From NCBI GenBank assembly GCA_963736755.1, contig CAVTQE010000021.1:3680-67679 (forward strand): DNA of 64,000 nucleotides. The letters are read 5' to 3'. Below the pieces are notes generated by a model. It was not told the DNA's origin and did not search any database. It saw only the letters and a list, made by a program, of their open reading frames with translations. The stretch comes from an uncultured delta proteobacterium. GTDB lineage: Bacteria; Desulfobacterota; WTBG01; JAGOGO01. The translations under genes were made by a program, and so were the position numbers. How positions within the stretch are numbered: the first letter of the stretch is position 1; every line of letters begins with the position of its first letter. Positions 42,852-49,788 of this stretch are shown piece after piece.

Positions 42852-42947
42852 CCCCGTTAAATGTTCGCTTCGGGAGACAGAGAATTCAACGTAAGGGTTT
42901 CTGGTTCTGAGTTGCCGATCTCCCGCAAATTCTTTATTTAACGGGGT
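42852..42947 (+). repeat. divergent Y-like palindromic element, copy D
   Basis: CCCCGTTAAAT ... ATTTAACGGGGTGAA terminal inverted repeats. Confidence 0.45.
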
Positions 42948-42954
42948 GAATCAT

Positions 42955-43045
42955 TGCGGCGTACAGGTAAGTACGCCTCATTCCGTCGGATTTGCGCGCC
43001 TTGCATCTGAAGCTTTTTACTGTGCCGTCTGATTTTTGACTTTTT
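42955..43045 (+). repeat. repeat Z copy 2 (adjacent to Y-like copy D)
   Basis: See 18908-19005. Ends in TTGACTTTTTACGGATTCATC, which recurs as GACTTTTTACGAGTCCATC near 52660. Confidence 0.4.
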
Positions 43046-43119
43046 ACGGATTCATCAAGATCGAGATGAGTTCTTTTTATTGATATTTGATAGCCAAGGA
43101 GTCAAGCAAATAAATAAGT

Positions 43120-43256
43120 CCTCAATTGAGCGATTTTTGTTTGCTAAGGCGCCCAAACCACGGTAGGACAGCCGTCCCGGCTGTCCAGTCATTTTACCCT
43201 TCAGGACAGGCGAGACGCCTGCTACTGGTTTTGTAAAGAAAATCGCTCAATTGAGG
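43120..43256. mobile_element. MITE-like element X1 (perfect 18-bp terminal inverted repeats, TAAGT target duplication)
   Basis: CCTCAATTGAGCGATTTT at 43120-43137 and AAAATCGCTCAATTGAGG at 43239-43256, with TAAGT on both flanks. The interior has GC hairpins GGACAGCCG/CGGCTGTCC and CAGGCG/CGCCTG. It interrupts a repeat module whose intact paralogues lack it. Confidence 0.75.
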
Positions 43257-43345
43257 TAAGTCTTATATACTCCAATTCAAAGTTAAATCAGTAGCTTAAT
43301 TTCCTTTTTTGTTGACTTTTTCCTTCCCACGGGTTAAAAAGGATA
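43257..43345 (+). repeat. intergenic module copy a (left part at 43103-43119 separated by X1; internal terminator segment deleted)
   Basis: (TAAG)TCTTATATACTCCAATTCAAAGTTAAATCAGTAGCTTAATT ... TTGACT-N17-TAAAAA. Confidence 0.7.
43312..43340 (+). promoter_or_regulatory. module-borne promoter (copy a)
   Basis: TTGACT-N17-TAAAAA, 120 nt upstream of ATG 43461. Confidence 0.45.
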
Positions 43346-43460
43346 AAAACCTAGTAAACAATAGTAACAGTACAAAAATTTTTATCACTAAGGATGTGAC
43401 TTCCATGAGTGATAAGTGAGGTGCCACTTTTCTTAATTAAAATCAAATGGGAGGTATCAT

Positions 43461-43715
43461 ATGAGAGTGCTAATTATTTTTATTATGTATGTCCTCTTTT
43501 GTGCGTCAAATGCCGGAGCTGATTGCAAGCAGGATTGCGAACAAAAGTATCTTGCGACAATAAGAGAATGCTATGTAATATACGATGCATCAAAGGGCTC
43601 TGATGAAGGTAAAAGCTGCCTTATACGGTCTTTTGACCAGGCAAGAACTGATTACGAAAAGTGCCTCAGTGATTGTCGTTCTGAGTGGCGGGAGAAAGAT
43701 AAATATGAACGCTAA
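43461..43715 (+). CDS. small secreted cysteine-rich protein (84 aa)
   Basis: RBS GGGAGG, then signal peptide MRVLIIFIMYVLFCASNAGA. The mature part has 6 Cys (C-x3-C ... C ... C ... C-x3-C). Confidence 0.6.
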   Translation: MRVLIIFIMYVLFCASNAGADCKQDCEQKYLATIRECYVIYDASKGSDEGKSCLIRSFDQARTDYEKCLSDCRSEWREKDKYER

Positions 43716-43895
43716 AGTTCGTTTTCAATCCAATAACAAAGTGGCTCGAATTGATTCCCCCTCCATAAACTTATTAGGTATTCACTAAATAAATTTAGTA
43801 ATAGTATAACGTTTTTTATTAACGGCGTGCTCGAATCCGAACGAAATTAAACTTGTTCACTATAAAGACATAGGAAAGCGTCAAGCCGTGATGCC

Positions 43896-43928
43896 CCCGC
43901 TCCTTCTCATAGATTGAGCGGGTTTTTT
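43896..43928 (+). terminator. module-borne intrinsic terminator (copy d)
   Basis: CCCGCTC-(loop)-GAGCGGG plus T6. Confidence 0.6.
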
Positions 43929-43952
43929 ATTTGCCAGAATACTCCATTACTA

Positions 43953-43981
43953 TTGACTTTCTCCTCTGTTAATGATAAAAT
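43953..43981 (+). promoter_or_regulatory. module-borne promoter (copy d)
   Basis: TTGACT-N17-TAAAAT, 30 nt upstream of ATG 44012. Confidence 0.5.
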
Positions 43982-44011
43982 ATTATAAATTTCATTATAA
44001 GGAGAGTTTTT

Positions 44012-44344
44012 ATGAAATCAGGAAGGGTTGTTTTGTTGATTGCGATTGTTTTTATGGCGGCAGTCGTTGTTTTTTCCTTCTATTCGAGAAATGCGGAAGC
44101 TAGGCGAGGGGGTAGAGCAGTGGGAGGTCCGCTTGGTGGTGCCGTTGGAGGCCCGACGGGTAACGTGCCGGCGCAAACGCCACGAGGCAATGTTGGTGTG
44201 GGCACCCGATTCAATTCTTTGCCTGTTTCCGCGAAAGCTCGCATTGTGGGTGGTGTCACTTACTACGTAGATGACGATGGCGTTTATTATCTACCGTGCG
44301 AAGATGATCCAACGGTTTACTGTGTCGTCGAACCCCCGGAATGA
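44012..44344 (+). CDS. small membrane-anchored/secreted Gly-rich protein (110 aa)
   Basis: RBS AAGGAGAG and an N-terminal hydrophobic anchor. GGxxGGP repeats, then C-terminal VGGVTYYVDDDGVYYLPCEDDPTVYCVVEPPE. GC-richer than flanking repeats. Confidence 0.6.
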   Translation: MKSGRVVLLIAIVFMAAVVVFSFYSRNAEARRGGRAVGGPLGGAVGGPTGNVPAQTPRGNVGVGTRFNSLPVSAKARIVGGVTYYVDDDGVYYLPCEDDPTVYCVVEPPE

Positions 44345-44462
44345 CTCAATCAGGCATGCGGGCTGGCCCTACCTCATCAACCCTTAAGCAATTATATAGG
44401 TCTTATATACTCCAATTCAAAGTCAAATCTGCCGCTTAATTATACATAGGTTAGAAACTCTG

Positions 44463-44497
44463 CCCCGCTCCTTCTCATAGATCGAGCGGGGTTTTTT
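44463..44497 (+). terminator. module-borne intrinsic terminator (copy b)
   Basis: CCCCGCTC-CTTCTCATAGATC-GAGCGGGG plus T6. Confidence 0.65.
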
Positions 44498-44523
44498 ATT
44501 TACCAGAATATTTCATTTATTTG

Positions 44524-44552
44524 TTGACTTTTTCCCTTCCAGGGGGTTAAAA
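44524..44552 (+). promoter_or_regulatory. module-borne promoter (copy b)
   Basis: TTGACT-N17-TTAAAA, 75 nt upstream of ATG 44627. Confidence 0.45.
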
Positions 44553-44626
44553 GAAAAAAATTATCATTCCATCTTGGGGTTTTATACGGATCGATATAAA
44601 CATTGTTGGGCAGGGAGGGCGGTACC

Positions 44627-45394
44627 ATGAATCCTACTATTGTCGGCATGATCGTGTTCACATGTACTTTCGGGGGCGCGCTGCTCGGAATGTGGGTGCG
44701 CACCACCTTACCAGAACATCACCTCGACGCTGAGTCAAGAGATACCGTGAAGGTTGGCATCGGGCTTATCGCCATGATGACCGCGCTCCTTCTTGGCCTC
44801 GTCACTGCCTCCGCCAAGAGTTCCTTTGATGCTGTGGACTCAGCAGTGAAAGAAACCGCCGTTAATGTTCTTGCTCTCGACCGCGTACTTGCTCGCTACG
44901 GGTCCGAGACCAGTGAGATTCGTAAGGGCTTGCAGCGCGCAGTTGGGGCTCGGATCGACATGATTTGGCGGCAGGGCTCATCCAAGCCCGCCAATTTGGA
45001 TCCGATGCGCTCGGGAGCAGGGGTGGAAGCTGAGAGACTCGCGGGCGCAATCCGCGCTCTAAAGCCGCGCGACGACTCCCAGCGGGCGCTCCAGACCCAG
45101 GCGCTGGACCTCAGCGAAACGCTGTTGAAAGCCAGGTGGCTAGTGTTCGCTGGCACCGAAAGATCAGTTCCTGTGCCCTTCCTTGTGATTCTCGTGTTCT
45201 GGCTCACGATCACATTCGCGAGCTTCGGGTTGTTTGCTCCGCGGAATGCCACGGTCCTCGCGGTCCTCTTCGTTTGTGCACTGTCCGTTTCTTGCGCCAT
45301 ATTTCTCATATTAGAGATGGATATGCCATTCCAAGGCTTGATCAAGGTCTCAGCAGATCCGTTACGCTACGCATTTGCGCATCTCAATCAATAG
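44627..45394 (+). CDS. DUF4239-like membrane protein
   Basis: RBS GGGAGGG. MNPTIVGMIVFTCTFGGALLGMWVR ... GLVTASAKSSFDAV ..., with two C-terminal TM helices. GC-rich relative to surroundings. Confidence 0.65.
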   Translation: MNPTIVGMIVFTCTFGGALLGMWVRTTLPEHHLDAESRDTVKVGIGLIAMMTALLLGLVTASAKSSFDAVDSAVKETAVNVLALDRVLARYGSETSEIRKGLQRAVGARIDMIWRQGSSKPANLDPMRSGAGVEAERLAGAIRALKPRDDSQRALQTQALDLSETLLKARWLVFAGTERSVPVPFLVILVFWLTITFASFGLFAPRNATVLAVLFVCALSVSCAIFLILEMDMPFQGLIKVSADPLRYAFAHLNQ

Positions 45395-45519
45395 GTGCGC
45401 CAAGGAGTCTGGACTAACCTTTATAGCAAAGTTCAAAAAGCCATACCTTAATAAGCCCTCGGAATTTTTAACTTGTCTTTACCCCAATTTTAGCCTGATT
45501 TTATTTCTCTGGATGTTAC

Positions 45520-45590
45520 CCGGCTCTCAACCGGATTTTTTATTTCTTTTTTCTTCCTTTCCCCCCTTCCTCAGGGATTATTGTCATTAA
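45520..45590 (+). repeat. degenerate module copy e (left border of AT-rich island)
   Basis: CCGGCTCTCAACCGG plus T-run, then TATTTC...CTTCCTTTCCCCCCTTCCTCAGGGATTATTGTCATT. Similar to 49222-49285 and to the promoter-proximal part of the module. Confidence 0.5.
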
Positions 45591-45591
45591 A

Positions 45592-46109
45592 TCATTCGGG
45601 GTGCATGTAGTTTGACATAACCTCCTGAACTGCTATCCGAAATTCATTTTGGTGTCCATTTGATGGGAAAGGGACAATTACGCCGTGATTTTGAACATTG
45701 AATCCGTCAGATACCAACCTTGGTTCTAGCAAACGACATATGTTGGCCTTTACAAGAATAACATTGATTTGTTTTGGGAAACCAAACTTTCTAAGGTCCG
45801 CAACTACAGGTTCTGGTAATTTCTTAAAATAATATTTTCTCGAATTTGACCCCTAAGCTGGTTGACTGACTCATATGTTGCGTCAACCAAAAAATATCCA
45901 GATTCGGCAAAATATTTTAGACCCCCTCGCTTATCTTGAGGATTGAAGTTAAGCAACTTCATCATTGCGGAAAATAGCGGTTCACTGACGCTTCCATTTT
46001 TATCATAGAAGTATTTACCTGATGCTGGCGGTGATTCAAGGACAAAAACAATCTTTAAGTTTTTTGGAACATATTTGTTTCTTAGAGATAAATAATATTT
46101 TTCGTTCAT
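45592..46109 (-). pseudogene. hypothetical protein with possible uracil-DNA-glycosylase-superfamily fold, one apparent frameshift near 45815-45845
   Basis: Likely ATG at 46109 (MNEKYYL). IVFVLESPPASG and, in the continuation frame, VILVKANICRLL ... VPFPSNGHQNEF resemble UDG motif A and motif B positions. Weak call. Confidence 0.35.
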
Positions 46110-46113
46110 AATG

Positions 46114-46150
46114 TATGTCTTCAGGCCCAAGTGGACAAATTTTTCTAACC
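46114..46150 (-). repeat. 37-nt conserved motif, copy 1 (immediately upstream of gene 45592..46109)
   Basis: The plus strand reads TATGTCTTCAGGCCCAAGTGGACAAATTTTTCTAACC, identical to 49107-49143. Confidence 0.8.
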
Positions 46151-47593
46151 GGAGTTTGCGAGCCTTTCTTGATATTCAGTATCAACATTAATATCCCACA
46201 TTTTGAAAGGAGAGCCGGGCAATTTAAGATAGTTACGAGCTGCCAATAAGCCACTTAAAAGTGAGTGGTCCTGATTGTTATACTTATGCATACCTGCTCG
46301 TCCAATGGAATAGAAATTAACAAATTGGTCTATTCTTGATTTCAATAAGTTGTAGTGATCTTGATAACCCAAATAATAAATGGGATAAGCCTCTGTCTCA
46401 CGAACAACCCAAGCCTTTTCGACCTCGCACCTTTTTATCAAACGCATTTTTTCTAATTCGTTAACCGCCATATCTATCAGAAATTCATCCGTGCTATTCC
46501 AAAGATTATCGGACATAAAGACAAAGTACTCAACGCTCAATGCTGTTGTATTTTCGTCTTTAACCATCGCCTTTGAAAAGTTTTTATAATTAGCTATTCT
46601 TGCAATTTGAACATCCGGAGAATGAATATAAATCCACTGGTCAGAAAAAACATTTTTTCTGCCAATTAATAAATCAACAGTTATATGATCCCTGTATCGT
46701 AACATTTCTGCGGAATTAAGAATTTGATGCGAATCAGCAGGGCTTAACATTCTAAAATAATGAGCTAAGGGAACACTACTAAAGAACTGTTTAGCGTTAA
46801 TGTTTATTTCTTTGCCATCTGACTTTAAAACGTCTATCGATTTTATAGCATTATCTTGCCGTTTAAATCTAATGACTTTGCTTTCTAGCATTAGTTCGAC
46901 TCCCTGCGAAACTAATTTTTCACACATGGTTTCATACATTTGGCCGGCACCAAAAAGTGGAAAATCAAACTCCTCTACCAATGTTTTTATTTTCTCTTTT
47001 TTGCCTCTAAACAGTGCATTTTTAAACAGCTCAATAACATCCAAGCCTTTAATTCTTTGAGCAGCCCACTCTGCCCCGATTTGATTACAAGGAATACCCC
47101 ACACCTTTTCCGTATATGTTTTGAAAAATGTTTCGTACAATTTGCGGCCAAACTTCTGAACTATCCAGTCTTCAAAGGTAATAAGCTCATTCTTTTTAAT
47201 TAATTGAGAAGAAAGGAAGGAAAGTATTGCGATTAAAGAATCTAGAGGGCCCAGTTTTATCAAAACCTCTGCTGGTCTTATTGGATAGTTGAAATACTTA
47301 TTGTTGTAGTATATTCTAGTCAGGCGAGATACAGGCTGAAAATCCCTCCCTAAGGTATCATGCCAGATCTTATCGACTTCCTTGTTTTTGGTAAAAAAAC
47401 GATGGGGACCGATATCGAATCTAACTCCATCTAGAACATCAGTCCTTGCTAATCCACCGACCCGTTTATTCTTATCTATGATTAGAATATTGGTAATGCC
47501 ATATTTAACTAGTTCATGTGCTACGCCCATGCCAGCTGGACCAGCACCTATAATACAACATTCGTAAGATTTTGAATTAATGTTCTCAATCAT
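46145..47593 (-). CDS. FAD/NAD(P)-binding oxidoreductase (amine-oxidase / UDP-galactopyranose-mutase-like)
   Basis: CIIGAGPAGMGVAHEL dinucleotide fold, DKNKRVGGLART, FDIGPHRFFTKN. 482 aa, AT-rich. Confidence 0.78.
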   Translation of the reverse strand: MIENINSKSYECCIIGAGPAGMGVAHELVKYGITNILIIDKNKRVGGLARTDVLDGVRFDIGPHRFFTKNKEVDKIWHDTLGRDFQPVSRLTRIYYNNKYFNYPIRPAEVLIKLGPLDSLIAILSFLSSQLIKKNELITFEDWIVQKFGRKLYETFFKTYTEKVWGIPCNQIGAEWAAQRIKGLDVIELFKNALFRGKKEKIKTLVEEFDFPLFGAGQMYETMCEKLVSQGVELMLESKVIRFKRQDNAIKSIDVLKSDGKEININAKQFFSSVPLAHYFRMLSPADSHQILNSAEMLRYRDHITVDLLIGRKNVFSDQWIYIHSPDVQIARIANYKNFSKAMVKDENTTALSVEYFVFMSDNLWNSTDEFLIDMAVNELEKMRLIKRCEVEKAWVVRETEAYPIYYLGYQDHYNLLKSRIDQFVNFYSIGRAGMHKYNNQDHSLLSGLLAARNYLKLPGSPFKMWDINVDTEYQERLANSG

Positions 47594-47666
47594 ATTTATT
47601 GCTTAAGCAACTTCAAATCCTTCCAATCTGGCAACTTTTTCTATATTGTTTATCTAGAGTGCAGAA

Positions 47667-49070
47667 TCAGTAATCTTTCACAGTGAGATCCTTTTTCAAA
47701 AATAATCCATGATCTGTTTTAGAATATAATTCATCAAGCCCACATTCATTCATGTTAATCATAAAATTGGATATGATCTTCGGTCGCTTAGATCTAATTA
47801 AAAAACACAAATTAAAATCGCCATATCTGTTATTTGTTAACTTATTGTAAGTATCCAAACCACCATTTTTCCCTATATAAAACCAGAAATAGTGAATGTC
47901 CTGTCGGAAAAGATTGAAGGTTATATTTCCATCATAAACGGTATCGGAATCAGTGGTGTTTTTTATAACAAAATCAATTTTTTCTAATTGTTTTAAGTTG
48001 GTTTTTTGTATTCTGCTGCTGATCTTATAGACTGGTAAGGCAATCACCAATATGAGCAATAAGACTCTGAACTTCCATGAAAAGTTTATTTTGCTGTTGA
48101 TGGTTGTGAAACCATATGCGCCAATGATGCTTAAGAGGGTGATTGTGAAAAGAAAATACTGTTCATATGGATTAGGTACTGAGAATACCGAACCTAGTAA
48201 GAATAGTGCCAAAAATGATATTATCTTGATTGGCAGCTCGGTTTTGCGATTAAATAATAAATATATACTGGAAAAGACCGAAAGCATCCAAAAGAAGTAG
48301 TTAACTTTCAACGACTTTTCGAAATATTTAAATGACGAAAAAATGCGCACCGCATTCATATTCACCAGCCAGTTAGTCAGTAGATAATCGTCAAATGAAT
48401 TAAAGAAAATGATGTATAATAGGAAAAGGATTAGAGGAAGGGAGCAGGAGCCGGCAAAAAGGAGTAAAGATCTTAAATTGATTTTTTTCAAGATAAAGAG
48501 AAGACCAAAGACGATTGTATAGGCTAGCAGGAGAAAAATGGTCTTTTGTAAAAATAAGAACGAAAGAGAAGCGCAAAGTCCAGCATATATCATCGCGGAA
48601 GAGCTATAATCTTCCAGGTATTTCAAGAAAAAGTAAACGGAAAGCAGTCCAAAGAATACCTGTGGTACGTCCGGTCGAACCTCTATAATCTTTCTACTAA
48701 ACAGCACTACCGAGAGCAATAGTAATACAGCTATGAGACTGACTTCATCAGAGTATGTCAACTTGAGGGTAATTCGATGGACTAGTACAAATATGCCAAT
48801 TGTGAAAATGAACACCAGAATGCGTGTGGCTAAGACTAATTCGATTGACGACCCGAAGAGCTTGAAAAAAGGCAAGATAATAAACCAAAGAAGAGGATGG
48901 TGGTGTTGAAAAAAATCTACATAAGGAATGAACCCATTGGCGATGTACCAGGCGCTGTGAATGTGTTCAAATTCGTCATGGTCAAAATATCGGTGGATGG
49001 ATTGCCACAGCAGCGAGATGAGCAAAAGGAAGACCAGGGTGAAAAGTATTCTCTTGTAGTTGCTATTCAT
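47667..49070 (-). CDS. polytopic GT-C-type membrane glycosyltransferase-like protein (GT39/PMT_2-like)
   Basis: 467 aa with about 12 TM segments, an N-terminal loop DHDEFEHIHSAWYIANGFIPYVDFF and a C-terminal soluble domain. AT-rich. Confidence 0.6.
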   Translation of the reverse strand: MNSNYKRILFTLVFLLLISLLWQSIHRYFDHDEFEHIHSAWYIANGFIPYVDFFQHHHPLLWFIILPFFKLFGSSIELVLATRILVFIFTIGIFVLVHRITLKLTYSDEVSLIAVLLLLSVVLFSRKIIEVRPDVPQVFFGLLSVYFFLKYLEDYSSSAMIYAGLCASLSFLFLQKTIFLLLAYTIVFGLLFILKKINLRSLLLFAGSCSLPLILFLLYIIFFNSFDDYLLTNWLVNMNAVRIFSSFKYFEKSLKVNYFFWMLSVFSSIYLLFNRKTELPIKIISFLALFLLGSVFSVPNPYEQYFLFTITLLSIIGAYGFTTINSKINFSWKFRVLLLILVIALPVYKISSRIQKTNLKQLEKIDFVIKNTTDSDTVYDGNITFNLFRQDIHYFWFYIGKNGGLDTYNKLTNNRYGDFNLCFLIRSKRPKIISNFMINMNECGLDELYSKTDHGLFLKKDLTVKDY

Positions 49071-49106
49071 TCTTATCCCGAAAGGCGCTGTGTTTTGATT
49101 CCAATA

Positions 49107-49143
49107 TATGTCTTCAGGCCCAAGTGGACAAATTTTTCTAACC
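49107..49143 (-). repeat. 37-nt conserved motif, copy 2 (upstream of gene 47667..49070)
   Basis: Identical 37-mer. Lies 37-73 nt upstream of ATG 49070 on the - strand. Confidence 0.8.
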
Positions 49144-49221
49144 TGAGTTTTTCTTGCAGATTCAGGAATTAATTTTTAATTACATACGGCAATATTAAAA
49201 AGTTTACAAGTTAAGAATCAA

Positions 49222-49285
49222 CTATTATTTCCTCCCCCTTTTTTTTCTCCCTTCCCCTTCATCAGGAATTATGGTCATTTCGTGG
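49222..49285 (+). repeat. degenerate module copy f (right border of AT-rich island)
   Basis: TATTTCCTCCCCCTTTTTTTTCTCCCTTCCCCTTCATCAGGAATTATGGTCATT, roughly 80 percent identical by eye to 45541-45588 over the last ~35 nt. Confidence 0.5.
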
Positions 49286-49389
49286 TGGCCCCTACCTCAT
49301 CAACTTGTAAGCAAATATATAGGTCTTATATACTCCAATTCAAAGTCAAATCACTAGCCGCTTAATTATACAAAGTTTAGAAACTTTTG

Positions 49390-49423
49390 CCCCGCTCCTT
49401 CTCATAGATCGAGTGGGTTTTTT
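49390..49423 (+). terminator. module-borne intrinsic terminator (copy c)
   Basis: CCCCGCTC-(loop)-GAGTGGG plus T6. Confidence 0.6.
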
Positions 49424-49447
49424 ATTTGCCAGAATATTTCATTATTA

Positions 49448-49476
49448 TTGACTTTTTTTCTCCCGCGGATTATAAA
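49448..49476 (+). promoter_or_regulatory. module-borne promoter (copy c)
   Basis: TTGACT-N17-TATAAA, 312 nt upstream of the MscS ATG, with MITE X2 in between. Confidence 0.45.
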
Positions 49477-49590
49477 TAATTATCAAACTTGTTGGGCTTT
49501 AGGGAGAGATATGCTTATCAATGCTTCCCGATTTAAAGGGCGATGATATAAATTACCAGGGCTGGGATGAGGACAAAACTGAATATAAGA

Positions 49591-49762
49591 CCTTAATTGA
49601 GCGAAACTTTTTCGGGATGCACTTGCCCTTGAACGCTAAAGCGGGTCGCACCCAAATTTATAAACCTCCTCAATCCCCCTTTATGAAAGGAGGAAGAAGA
49701 TGTAGCCTCCCGTTTATAAAGGGGAGTTAGAGGAGTATGTCGGCAATTCTTCGCTATTTAAG
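49591..49762. mobile_element. MITE-like element X2 (TAAGA target duplication)
   Basis: Ends CCTTAATTGAGCGAA ... TTCGCTATTTAAG, with TAAGA immediately on both sides. Internal hairpins are shared with X3. Confidence 0.65.
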
Positions 49763-49788
49763 TAAGACTAATAAAGGAACTTTCATGC

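Larger units (their letters stand above)
43893..43985 (+). repeat. intergenic module copy d (terminator plus promoter half)
   Basis: CCCCCGCTCCTTCTCATAGATTGAGCGGGTTTTTTATTTGCCAGAATACTCCATTACTATTGACT matches copies b and c. Confidence 0.7.
44364..44567 (+). repeat. intergenic module copy b (full length, about 200 nt)
   Basis: Aligns with 49286-49487 over essentially its whole length. Confidence 0.8.
49286..49487 (+). repeat. intergenic module copy c (full length, about 200 nt)
   Basis: Aligns with 44364-44567. Confidence 0.8.

Noticed and set aside
43103-49487. Integron/attC interpretation of the repeated module
   Set aside because: There is no integrase gene. The repeats lack the R/L box architecture of attC sites and contain a terminator plus a promoter. 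Cassette-like behaviour remains only a hypothesis.
49521-49730. 69-aa ORF
   Set aside because: Most of it is MITE X2 sequence (translated ...PPQSPFMKGGRRCSLPFIKGS), a common artefact of this palindromic repeat type.
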